DNA of 64,000 bases from Dipteris shenzhenensis. Lineage: Eukaryota. Made by a program: the position numbers and the translations under genes. The first letter of the stretch is position 1. The number at the start of each line of letters is the position of its first letter. Shown piece after piece: positions 24,663 to 36,645 of the stretch. The stretch lies in the NCBI GenBank assembly GCA_047967505.1, contig CM106538.1; one strand, given 5' to 3'. The notes under the pieces are model-generated. The model searched no databases, was not told where the DNA came from, and saw only the letters and a list, made by a program, of their open reading frames with translations.

Positions 24663-25296
24663 GTAGACGGTTGCAATTTTTTGCCATTCAGAATTCATAA
24701 GAGTTGGGGAAAAAATGTGACACGTGGTTCAAGGAGAAGGAAGTATTTCATTTCATGGCACAATGCTAACTGCCTAACCACATCAAGACACATCAGCATT
24801 AAAAATAGACAACAACTAACTATAGCCTGACACGTCAGTAATACCATAAACAACAGCTAACCAAAAACTAACTAGTCATCAAATTATAGATAGTACACAT
24901 ACATTTAATCACAACAAACAAATAAAATCTAAACCTGTATCTCTACACTTAATCAAATTATAGACATTGATCAAATTTTAATCGCAACAAACAAATAAAA
25001 CATAAATGTGTATTGTGTACACTTATTATCTAATGCCGCATCAGAAAAAGATCCCGGATATATTGGCTAGAACTGTACGTGTACTACAGGGTATAAACAA
25101 TCCTTACAACAAAATTACTCCAAGCAAAAAGTTTCCTGGATATACCAGCTACAAAATTACTCCTTCAAAATGCTTGCACCATCCACATTAAAATTGAAAA
25201 CACAATCTTTAAAGCTACCACCAGCGAAAATAGAAGAACGCCCTCCAGACTTCTCTCGCACAATCCGATACAACTCCTCCAGCCACTTCACATCAC

Positions 25297-27944
25297 TCAT
25301 GCGCACAAGAGCATCATCGTCCACCACATCCAAACCATTATCACTGTCACCACAAAAGAATCGTTCATACCGCATGCAAAACCACCACCAAAAACATTAA
25401 AAATACCACCAGAATCACTTGCAACTGACATAGCACCATCCTTAATCTTGATGCATCCAGAACCACCAACATTTGCACTCGCACAAACCAAATTAGTGCC
25501 ACCACCAGCAACATCCACTACATCAACCTTAATTCCAGGAACACCCTCCATCTTCCTCAAAAACAATTCCAAGTTTTGTTTCAAAACCTCATCATAACTC
25601 CTAAGACATCCTTGCTCATCATACGGATGAGTAGCCAACTCCAATGCAATATTCACTTTAACAAAATCGCTCCTATCATATTTTACCAAGCTACTATCTC
25701 TCTTCTGGCCAATCACCCTCATAACAACCTTTGCAAGAACCCCACACATACAAAACCTTGTAGCAACAGCTGCACAAAGGCTCCTATTACTAAAATTTCC
25801 ACTCAAACCCAGAGACTCCATCATAGTCTTCACGAATTTACCTAAACCCTTCAAACTGACACGATTTCTGTTACACGGGGGAAATCTTTTGGCGAGCTTT
25901 TTAATGTGAGCTTTTTTACCATTTCCTTTGTTTTTGCGAGCTTTTTTTAGAAATCCATACATGTTTTTGTTATAAGAAAGATGGGGAGGTTAGAAAGAGG
26001 GGGAGAGAATATAGGATATGTTCATTTTCATAGCATGTGGGAGGGGTGGAAGAGTGTATACTATGCACAAGGGGGGGGCGGATATGAGTGGAAGTAGGAA
26101 GCAAAAAATTATGGAAGATATGTCCATATTCAAAGTAGAAGGGAGGAACTATGGGAGATATGTACATTTTAAAAGTGTATAATTTGAAACTTTTGACCTC
26201 ATATTTGGATTCCTCGTCGAATTCTGGTCATTTTGAGTACCAACATGACCATATTCTGATAAAAATTGAAAAAATGGTATATTTGTCATTTTGGCCTGTT
26301 TTGGGCCTGTTTTGAGTCTGCGCTAGCGCAGACTCAAAATACGCCCAAAACAGGTCAAAATGAATTCATGACAAAAACACAAATTTTCCAATTTTTATCG
26401 GAATATGGTCATATTGGTACTCAAAATGACCGGAATTTGACGAGGAATCCAAATATGAGGTCAAAAGTTTCAAATTATACACTTTTAAAATGTACATATC
26501 TCCCATACTTCCTCCCTTCTACTTTACATTTAGTAGATGAACATAACTTTCACATTCCTCATCCTCTCTCTCCTCCTTGCACTCCTCTTTGCATACCTTA
26601 TAAGTTCCCCCTCTATGTTCTCCACTATGATAACAAATATATGTTCCAACTCCCCTCCCCTCCCTTCTCCATGCCACCTTACCCATGCGCCCGTCCCTCC
26701 CCCTTTTCTTTATCTCCCCTCCCCCCCATCTCTCCTCTTAACTGCAACCACAACCCAAACTTTCAACCCACCCGACTCCATGAACTCCCCCCCCCCTCTC
26801 TCTCTCTCTCAGGTGAATGAAAAGCTCGCAATATTCATGAAAATTGAAAAAAAGCTCATGACAAAAAGCTCACCAAAAAATCACACCCCTGTTACACCAT
26901 ACCTACAAAACAAACAACTACTTAAAACCAGTACCAACAAAAACACAAAAAACAAAAACAAAACACACAAAAAATACAGTACCACAGTCCGTGGATTGTC
27001 AATGTATTGCATGAAAACATGCATCTGAGCATTAGAACCACTCAAAGCATTAGGTAAATGCTTCTCCAATTGATCATACGTCAACAAAACATCAGCCTCT
27101 TGCACACGCACAGGAGGCCACAGATCTTCCTCCCTAAAACACATCAAATCCACCTTGTAATTTTTAGAAACCTTCTGGTTGAACCTGCACAACAACAAAC
27201 ATACAAATTACACACAAAACGACCAACAAGAAACAGCTAGAAACAATAAAAATGCAACAAAAAGCTTACTCAATAAATTCACCACCCAAATCCGCACCAT
27301 GAACGAAATCACCTCGAAGAACCTTATACAACTCGTTCCCACCTAAAACACAATCGTGCAAGATAGTAGTAGACAAACCTACGCTGCAAACCCTTAGGGT
27401 GATACACACTATAGTCGATATCAGCCAACAGCTTCACCTCACTACCAAGTCCAACAACATCAGCCTTCTTCCTTGGCTTACAAGTCCCCTCTTGCACAAA
27501 TCTATTCATTGCAAGAGCAATACATCGATGCGCACCAGAGAACACAGGGTTCTTGCAAATGTCAAACGAAACTTCTGCAATACCAGTCAATGCAACACGA
27601 AGCTTCTGCTTATGCCCAAGAATATGCCCAAAAGCTTGGAACACGGCCATTAATGACTTGGCAGGAACTAACTCCCCATTGATTTTCAAAACCTGCATGA
27701 AGAACTTCTCGAACATGCCATGAAGCTCCCGCATATCAAGATCCTCCAGCTTCATAGTCAAATCCATACCACAAAGCTTGCACCATGCATCAAATCGATT
27801 TCGAGCCCACTGATCCTTCTTTAAGCTCCAATCATCAACAGAATCAGACAACCGCTTCAACTCAACCTCATCAAGCTCAAGAAAAGGAACATCACGCTTA
27901 CCACCCACACTAGTAGGATCATAAGACACCCTAGAGCTTGCCAC
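25297..27944 (-). mobile_element. Crypton-like tyrosine recombinase (DUF3504-type) pseudogene with two introns, split by a MITE
   Basis: Exon 27944-27270 (WARNRFDAW...FEKFFMQVLKINGELVPAKSL...HPKGLQRRFVYY; frameshift near the GGNE motif). Intron 27269-27185. Exon 27184-26983 (FNQKVSKNYK...FMQ). Intron 26982-26903. Final exon VWCNR|NRVSLKGLGKFVKTMMESLGLSGNFSNRSLCAAVATRF..GV..KVVMRVIGQKRDSSLVKYDR resembles the YR box II NHSLR...TGH...Y. Confidence 0.8.
25877..26888. mobile_element. foldback / Mutator-like non-autonomous element (1012 bp) with 9-bp TSD CTGTTACAC
   Basis: ctgttacac at 25868-25876 and 26889-26897. Termini gggggaaatcttttggcgagcttttt / aaaaagctcaccaaaaaatcacaccc are imperfect TIRs. 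Long internal hairpin ~26150-26505 is centred on a perfect 30-bp palindrome at 26310-26339. Confidence 0.9.
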
Positions 27945-29149
27945 CCACTCGAAACATCACAACTCACAACACGAACTACCCAACCCAGTAGAAATACAAC
28001 CACTACCACTAGGATCCAAGCTCACAGCCCCACTATTGCCGAGATCAAAATTCACAACCCCATTGACAATCACACACTCCTGCGACACTCTTAAACAAAA
28101 AGAAGGATCCTCGAAACCTTTCATCCCACTCAAGAACTCGAATCCGCCATGGCGACAGTGACTCTCAGCACCTCCAAGAAGCTCAAGCAAGCATCGCGGC
28201 ACGTGCAACAACTCCAAGCTCCACCAGCATTGCGGCCAGCCCTCATAAGCTCCACCAGCATGCAACAACTCGAGGCATTGTAAAACACAAGCATGCAAAA
28301 TCTCTGTCCACTAAATGCACTATTAACTCCACATGCAAAAGGACTACCATGCAAGCAAATTGCCATGCAATCTAACCATGCAAATGTAGCCATGCAAATG
28401 CCGTGCAAGCCGCCATATGCAAGCCAAGCCAAGCCACCTAATTGCCATGCAAGCCAAGCTGTCAACTACCATGAAAACCAAAGTGCCATGCAAGCACCCT
28501 CCCAGCTAACCTTGACGAAAGGAAAGGGCCATGTGTCGGCCCTTTCCGATCGAAATCCGTCTCCCAGCCTGACGGTAAGTCACTAGCTTCCTCCCGGGAA
28601 AGGCCTCCCCATGGCCCTTCCCTACCCCTTAATGGGTCCTTTAATTTCAATATGTTGTGGACCGTCTCCCTTTTGCTTGATTAATACACTCCCTTTGTCG
28701 AACAACCATGCCCTTTGAGACCTCTCCCTTTTCCCCTTTGATTGGCTCAGCTTGCTTCTTGCTTAACCTTATATTCTCAACCTACATCATACCTTTGTTT
28801 ACTCAAGCTTCTCTACAAAGCATCCGTCCATCCTAACCTCTTATGATCCTCGTCATCATTGGTTCTCCGTTGTTTCTATGTATTACTATCTTTTATCAGA
28901 TTAGCTTACCTTTATATACCCCCCCCCTCTTTTTCTTTCTATTAACTTACCTTATATATTTTTATAATCCCTTCTACCGCCCTTTTTTTGTGTGAGAATA
29001 ATACACCATACCACGCTAGTCTAGCATATACATTTATGGTAAAATTAACCCTTCTTCCTTTTATAATTTTGAACTTTTGTGTCCTTTTAGCATTGATATA
29101 TATATGTATATATTCAACCCCCCACCAAACCCCCTTCTTTTTATAAATT

Positions 29150-31595
29150 TGCAATGATATGGATTGCTTGGGCAAACGTTGGCGTATGTGTTTGCATACA
29201 TCAAACTGCATACACTTCTTGCTCACATCAGAAAATAGGGTGCTCCACCATAATCCTTCCTACAACACCTTTCAAGCTATCAAATCACCTTAGAAGTTGT
29301 CAAGTCGGCTTGTGCATTGGCATACATTACACTGCATACACTTCTTGCTTGCATCAACAAATAAGGTGCTCCACCATAATCTTGCTTGCAACACCTTTCG
29401 AGCTGTGAAGTCACCTTGGAAGTGGCTACCCGATGGACCCAAGTGAGCTTCCTACAAGACAACAGCATGTTCATGTGGTAGAACCCAACTGCACATTGAT
29501 GATAGAGATGTCCACCAATCAAAGTTAAATTTCCAAGCCTTGAAGGCTAATTGCTTGCGTTTGTCTCTTGGCATACTGTCCAAAATGTACCTTGGGACAA
29601 ATAATCCATCAATTCTGCATGTACACTTTCATAGTGATCAATTGCAAAGAGCTCGACATTTGGAAGCTTGCTAACAACCCCTTGTGTTGCTTTTCGTGCA
29701 GGTTGCCGAGACAAGCAATCGGATCCTACATGTGTTTCACCAGGCTTATGTATGGCTTTGAAATTAAACTCTTGCAAAAGAAGCATCCAACGGACAAGGT
29801 ATCCTTAAATGGTAGTTTTAGAGCAAAGCGCGATGATCCACCTAGAAAACAAATGGATTTCTAAGAAAATACTATCGCAACTTCTGTGCATTGAAGATCA
29901 TTTTAAGAGCTTCATGCTCGATAGTGCTATGATTAGATTCTATAGATGTGAGCAACTGGTTGGCATAATAGATGGGGTAATCCAATGTACCCTCTAGTTG
30001 TGCCAAAATAATCCCTTAGGCATATCTTGAGGCATCAACATGCATATGGAAAATGACATCCCATCTCGGTTCCCTCAAAATTGGAGTAGCTATAGCTCGG
30101 CCCATTAGGTTCTGAAACACCTTACACAACTCAGGTGTCCATTCAAACTTGGCATCTTTCTTGGTGAGTTCATACAAAGGAGCTGCAATCTTGGCAAAAT
30201 CTTTGACAAAACATCTATAAAAACTTATGAAGCTCACAAATGAACGCAATTGAGTATTTTTGGCTCTGGCATTTGTTGAATGGAATGATATTTACCTGGA
30301 TCGATTTAGATACCATCCTTGGAAAAGACATCCACTTGGATGCAAAAGCCACTCTTTGCTGGGTTCAATGAGATGCCTGCTTGTTTGCAATGCTCAAACA
30401 CTTTCTCAAATTATCTTTTCCTATATAATACACATAGAAATCATACAAGTATATTGCTATGAACTCAGTCAAATAATCCTGAAAAGTTTCTACCATGAAG
30501 TTTTGAAAGGTTGATGGTGCATTCCTCAATCCAAAAGGCATAATTGGAGTTGCATAAACACCCCACTCGGTGATCAATGTAGTCTTGGACTGATCCTCTG
30601 GAGCTACAATGATCTAGTTATAACCATGTACCCATATCCATAAATGAATATGTTTCACGTCCTGCAATCGGGATCTAAGTTCCCATCTGTGAATGGTATT
30701 GGAAATGGGTTAGGAACAATTTGAGCATTCCACTTTCAGTAAGCCACACATACTCGAAGTTTATCATTTTTTCTTCGGCACGATCACAATGGGAAACAAC
30801 CAATCACTGTGATCAATAGCATAAATGAATCCTGCTCGATTGAGTTGATCAAATTCATCCTTCACTTGCTTGGCATAATTCGGATTCATTCTATATCTCT
30901 ATTGATGAATAGGCTTGGTGTCTGGTACCAAAAGAACTCTATGTTGATAGAGCTCGGGTGCAACTCCCCTAAGATCAGTGTAATTCCAAGAAATAACATC
31001 TTTATAGTTGTAAAAAGAGCTCTAACAACTCAAAGTTGCTCAAAAGACAAATTGAAACTCACCACAACAATTGTAGGTTTGTCATCCATGCTAAGGTTGA
31101 GTTCTTTTGTCGGCTCTAGAACTAATTGTTCACTTTTGAATCGAGTGATTGTGACTAGTGTCTCTGCCAATTCTCTTTCCTCTTCAACATCTTAAGTGAA
31201 GTTGCTTGGGAACATACCTATCAGAGCAACAATTCGATCGATCTTCAATTTCTGTTTGATATTTACTGCCACTTAAAAGACCTCAATTTCGCCAATAGGA
31301 AGGTACTACAATTCCAACAAGCAAGACTCCACATCCTAAGGAAATGCGTCCGCAACTTCTAACTGCTTAGGCCGGTAATTGCTTGGTACCTTTCGAGGAT
31401 CGGTAGGAATACATACATCCTTGCCATCAGTTTTGATGACCATTTCCTCGGATCTCCAATCATGCAACACCTTAGCACTCTTGAGCCAAGGACATCCCAA
31501 CAAAATAGGATAGGCATTTTGCTCCATGGCAATTATAATGAGACTAATAGTTTATTAATAGGATAGGAAATTTTCTCCATGGCGATTACAATGAG
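29150..31595 (-). mobile_element. Ty3/Gypsy pol pseudogene (protease-RT-RNase H-integrase N-terminus)
   Basis: YPILLGCPWLKSAKVLHDW (AP), EWGVY..MPFGLRNAPSTFQ (RT), FHMHVDAS and LLLQEFNF..HKPG..H..SDCLSR (RH), CDVC-like integrase Zn finger; many stops. Confidence 0.9.
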
Positions 31596-31599
31596 ACTA

Positions 31600-34500
31600 G
31601 CTCGGCCAACAACATTAATATGTGCACTTGTCCGATTGGTACCAAACTTGGGAGGGGTCTTAAGTTGATTGGTTTTCATGATCTTGCCAAGTATCAAGTG
31701 CATCGGACCCCATATGTGCAATCGAGAAGGCCAAATGCATGATTTTCCGTGTGCATGGTATGTACGTGAAGGAATAATACGCATTAGCCAACAACATTGA
31801 TATGTGCACTTATTCGATTGGTACCAAAAATGTCAAGTTTCTTACATTGATTGGTTTCCATGAAATTGCAAGTATTAAGTGCATCAGATCCCGTATGTGC
31901 GGTTGGAAAGGCCATATACCTGATTTTTTATGTGCATGGTACATACGTGAAGGAAAAATATGCATTGGCCAATGACATTGATCTATTAACTTATCTGATT
32001 GGTACAAAAATTGTCACGGGTCTTAAGTTGAGTGGTTTCCATTATCTTTTCAAGTATCAAGTGCATCGGACCACGTATGCACGGTCGGGAAGGCCAGATG
32101 CCCAATTTTCCATGTGCATTGTACGTAGGTGAAGGCAAAATACGCAAGGGCCAACGACATTGATATGTGCACTTATCTGATGGGTGCCAAACTTGTCAAG
32201 GGTCTTAAGGTGAGTTATTTACATGATCTTGCCAAGTATCAAGTGCATTGGACCTCGTATGTATGGTCAGGAAGTCATAATGCCCAATTTTTCATGTGCA
32301 TGGTATGTACGTGATGAGAGAGAAAAATTCGCATAATCCAATGACACTGATATGTTCACTGATATGATTATTACCAAACTTGAAAGGGGTCTTAAGGTGA
32401 GTGGTTTCCATGTTCTTTCAAGTATCAAGTGCATTGGAGACCGTATGTATGGTCGAGAAGCCCAAATGCCCAATTTTCTGTGTGCATGGTACGTACATGA
32501 AGGAAAAATACGCATCGGCCAATGACATTGATATGTGCACTTGTTGGATTGGTACCAAACTTTTCACGGGTATTAAGTCAAGTGGTTTCCATGATCTCGC
32601 CAATTATCAGGTGCATCGGAACTTGTATGTGCAGTCGGGAAGGCCAAATGCCCGATTTTCCATGTGCATGGTATGTATGTGAAGAAAAAATATGCATCGG
32701 CCAATGATATTGATATGTGCACTTATCCGATTGGTACTAAACTTGGCAGGGGTCTTAAGTTGAGTGGTTTCGATGATCTTGCCAAGTATCAAGTGCATCG
32801 TATTTTGTATGTGCGATCGTGAAGGCAATGCTCAATTTTCCATGTGCATGGTATGTATGTGAAGGAAAAATACACATTAGCCAACGACATTGATATGCGC
32901 AATTATCGGTACCAAACTTGGCAGGGGTATTAAATTGAGTGGTTTTCATGATATTGCCAAGTATCAAGTGCATCGAACCCCGTATGTGTGATCAAGAAGG
33001 CAAAATGCCCAATTTTCCTTGTGCATGGTACGTACGTGAAGGAAAAATATGCATCGACCAACGACATTGATATGTGCACTTATCCAATTGGTACCAAAGC
33101 TGGCAAGGGTCTTCAATTGAGTGGTTTCAATGAAATTTCCAAGTATTAAGTGCATCAGATCCATTATTTGTGGTCGGGAAGGCCAAATGCTAGATTTTCC
33201 TTGTGCATGGTATGTACGTGAAGGAAAAATATGCATTGGCCAACGAGATTGATACGTGAACTTATCTGATTGGTACCAAAATTGGAAGGGGCATTTATTT
33301 GAGTGGTTTCCATGATCTTGCCAAGTATCAAGTGCGTCAGGTCCATGTGCGTAGTCCGGAAGGCCAAATGCTCGATTTTTCGTGTGCATGGAACGTACGT
33401 GAAGGAAAAATATGCATTGGCTTACGATGTTGATATGTGCACTTATGTGATTAGTACAAAACTTTTAACGAGTCTTAATTTGATTGGTCTCCATGATCTT
33501 GCCAAGTATCAAGTATATCCAATCCCATATGTACGGTAAAAAAGGCCAAATGCTTGGTTTTTCGTGTGCATGGTATGTACGCGAAGGAAAAATATGCATT
33601 GGCCAATGACATTGGTGATCCGATTGGTATCACACTTGGGAAGGGTCTTAATGTGATTGGTTTCCATGATCTTGATAAGTATCAAGGGAATCGAATAGTG
33701 TATGTACAGCCAGGAAGGTGAAATGCCCAAATTTCCATCTGCATGGTCCATACATGAAGGAGAAATACGCATTGCCCAATGCCATGGATATGTGCAATTA
33801 TCCGATTGGTACCAAACTTGGCAGGGTTCTTAACTTGAGTGGTTTCCATGATCTGAGAAAGTATCAAGTGCATCGGACACTGTATGTACAATCAAGATGG
33901 CCAAATGCCTGATTTGTGATGTGCATGGTACGTATCTGAAGGAAAAATATGCATTGCTAAACAACATTTATAAATGCACGGATTCGATTGGTACCAAACT
34001 TGGCAAGGGTCTTAAGTTGAGTGGTTTCCATGATCTTGCCAAGTATCAAGTGCATCGGACCCCATATGTGTGGTCGGGAAGAAAAAATGCCCGATTTCTC
34101 GTGTGCGTGGTTGGTACATATGTGAAGGAAATATGTGCATCGGCCAATGGCATTGATATGTGCATGTATGTGATAGGTACTAAAATTGGCATCAGTCTTA
34201 AGTTGAGTGGTTTCCATGACCTTGCCAAGTATCAAGTGAATCAGACATGGTTTGTATTGGTGGGAAGGCAAAAAGCCCAATTTTTTGTGTGCATGGTAAG
34301 TATGTGAAGAAAAAATACACATTGGCCAACGACATTGATATGGGCACTTGTTTGATTGGTACCAAACTTGACACGGGTTTTTAGTCGAGTGGTTTCCATG
34401 ATCTTTCCAAGTATCAAGTGCATCAGATCCCATATGTGCGATCCGAAAGGCCAAATGCTCGATTTTCCGTGTGCATGGTATGTACGTGAAGGAAAAATAT

Positions 34501-34715
34501 GCATCTGCCAACAACATTTATATGTGCACTAATTCGATTGGTACCAAACTTGGCAAGGGTCTTAAGTTGAGTGGCTTGCATGATCTTGCCAAGTATAAGT
34601 GCATTAGACGCCGTATGTGTGGTCAAAAAGGCAAAATGCCAAATTTTTCGTGTGCATGGTACGCATGTGAAGGAAAAATGCGTCGCCCAATGACATTGAT
34701 ATGTGCACTTATTCG
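31600..34715 (-). repeat. ~182-bp tandem satellite array, about 17-18 copies
   Basis: tgatatgtgcactt-like motif recurs every ~181-182 bp (e.g. 31799, 32161, 32529, 32711, 34698); same family as 6600-8545. Confidence 0.95.
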
Positions 34716-36375
34716 ATAAGGTCTGCGTTAACACAGACCTTATTCCAGCTCATTCTCTTGTCGGAGATTCTCGCTTCTGTTTGAAACTGTGCACCTATTA
34801 TTTGCGATAACTCTACCTTCGCAAATGACCTTTGTGGACATTGACAAACATTTCAGGCCTGCGTTAACGCAAAACATTCTATACTTCATTTTCGAGTGGA
34901 TCGTACCGAACTCATTTGAGGATGCCAACGCGAACTATAGGACTTGAAGGGACCAAATAAGGTCTGCGTTAACGCAGACCATAATCCACCTCGCTATAGA
35001 CAGGAGGTTTTCCATTTCGACATTATGGGCGATGAATTATGTTACTGACAGACATTTGGGACTTCAAGGGATCGAATAAGGTATGCGTTAAGATCGAATA
35101 AGGTCTGCGTTAACGTATACCTTATTCGACGATACTCTCGGCTGGAGGTTATCTCTTCGCTTTTAGAGTGTGCGTCTATTATTTGCGAGAACGCTACCTT
35201 CGCAAACGACAGTGGTGGACATTGACAAACTGTGTTAACGGAGACCATTCTCTACTTCATTCTCGAGTAGATCGTCTGAAACTCATTTCAGGAGGCCAAC
35301 GGGAACTTCAGAATTCGAAGGGACCGATTAAGGTCTGCGTTAACGTAGACCTTATTCCAGCACACTCTCTCGGCCGGAGATTCTTGCTTCCGTTTGATAT
35401 TGTGCACCTATTATTTGCGATAACTCTACGTTTGCAAACGACCCTTGTGGACATTGACAAACATTTCAAGTCTGCGTTAACGATGAGCATTCTCTACTTC
35501 ATTCTCGAGTGGATCGTCCCAAACTCATTTGAGGATGCCAACGGGAAGTATAGGACTTGAAGGGACCAAATAAGGTCTGTGTTAATGCTTACCATACTCC
35601 ACCTCGGTAGAGAAAGGAGGTTTTCCCTTTTTGAGACATTTTGGGCGATGAATTATGTTACTACTGACAGACATTTGGGACTTCATGGGAACGAATAAGG
35701 TCTGCATGAACGCAGACCTTATTCGACGATACTCTCAACCAGAGGTTATCTCTTCGCTTTTAGAGTGTGCGTCTATTATTTGCGATAACTCTACCTTCGA
35801 GATCAAATTTTGCAGACATTTTACATCTGCGTTAACGCAGACCATGCTTGTCGTCCCCATGGATCGGATATTTGGGATCCATTTGAACGTTCGGAAGTTC
35901 TTTCCTGCCCACTAAGATGCATGTTACAAGACTCCGAAACGGTTTAAGGCAGAGAAGTAGGCAGTACACCCCAACAAAGTCATTTGCGTCTCATTTGAGT
36001 TCAGAGATGGCATAATCCCACCTTCGTCTGCGTTAACGCAGACCAAAAAGTTGCGAAATTTACCGATTTGAAGCTCTGTTTTCTTCCAAATGACTCTAAA
36101 ATGGCGTACTTTGGCATGCAGAGTGTTCAATCCGGTCACTATTTCCCTTCCGCAGATCATTTTTGTGGCAAAAATATTTCACGGGTTCGCTGGTAGTCCT
36201 ATCCGCGTTGGCGCTGACCGGGCGTTTCGATCATTTTGCTTGCGTGGAGTGCATGCACGCAGTTATTAACTCACTATCTGGATCAAAAAGCAACGTTATT
36301 TTATTACGTGCATGGGTTTTGCACGTTGTGTAATAACATTTCACGCTCTAGTTTAGTCTGCGTTAACACAGACCA
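34716..36375. repeat. array of GGTCTGCGTTAACGCAGACC palindromes in a ~612-bp higher-order repeat
   Basis: About 12 palindrome copies at ~34720, 34857, 34961, 35102, 35230, 35332, 35470, 35574, 35699, 35826, 36026 and 36356. Block 34720-35331 recurs from 35332. Confidence 0.85.
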
Positions 36376-36440
36376 CGTGCGAGTATTATGCTAATGTGAA
36401 ATTTGTTCCTACTTTCCAGGCATGGCAAAAGGCAAGAAAT

Positions 36441-36645
36441 CATGTACTGAAGGTAACTAGTTACTTTGATCCATTTTGGAACGTTGGTACCTACCTTCAT
36501 TGTAAAGTTTGGTATTATATATTTAATGACATTCGGGTTTTCATGTCCTGAAGGTAACTAGTTACTTTGATCCATTTTCGAACGTTGGTACCTACCTTCA
36601 TTTTAAAGTTTGGTATAATTATATGTTTAATGACATCCGGGTTTT
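36441..36645. repeat. 101-bp tandem duplication
   Basis: catgt(a/c)ctgaaggtaactagttactttgatccatttt... at 36441 and 36542. Confidence 0.85.

Noticed and set aside
25877-25962. Lys-rich N-terminus MYGFLKKARK... of ORF 25297-25962, and ORFs 26266-26820 and 26537-27028
   Set aside because: These lie wholly or largely in the inserted foldback element; the true frame enters from exon 26902.
24761-29156. CAATG short direct repeats as Crypton termini
   Set aside because: A 5-bp match is expected by chance; boundaries cannot be fixed without other copies.
34716-36375. CRISPR array
   Set aside because: Spacers are about 100 bp or longer and homologous to one another, the block repeats at ~612 bp, there are no cas genes, and the DNA is eukaryotic.
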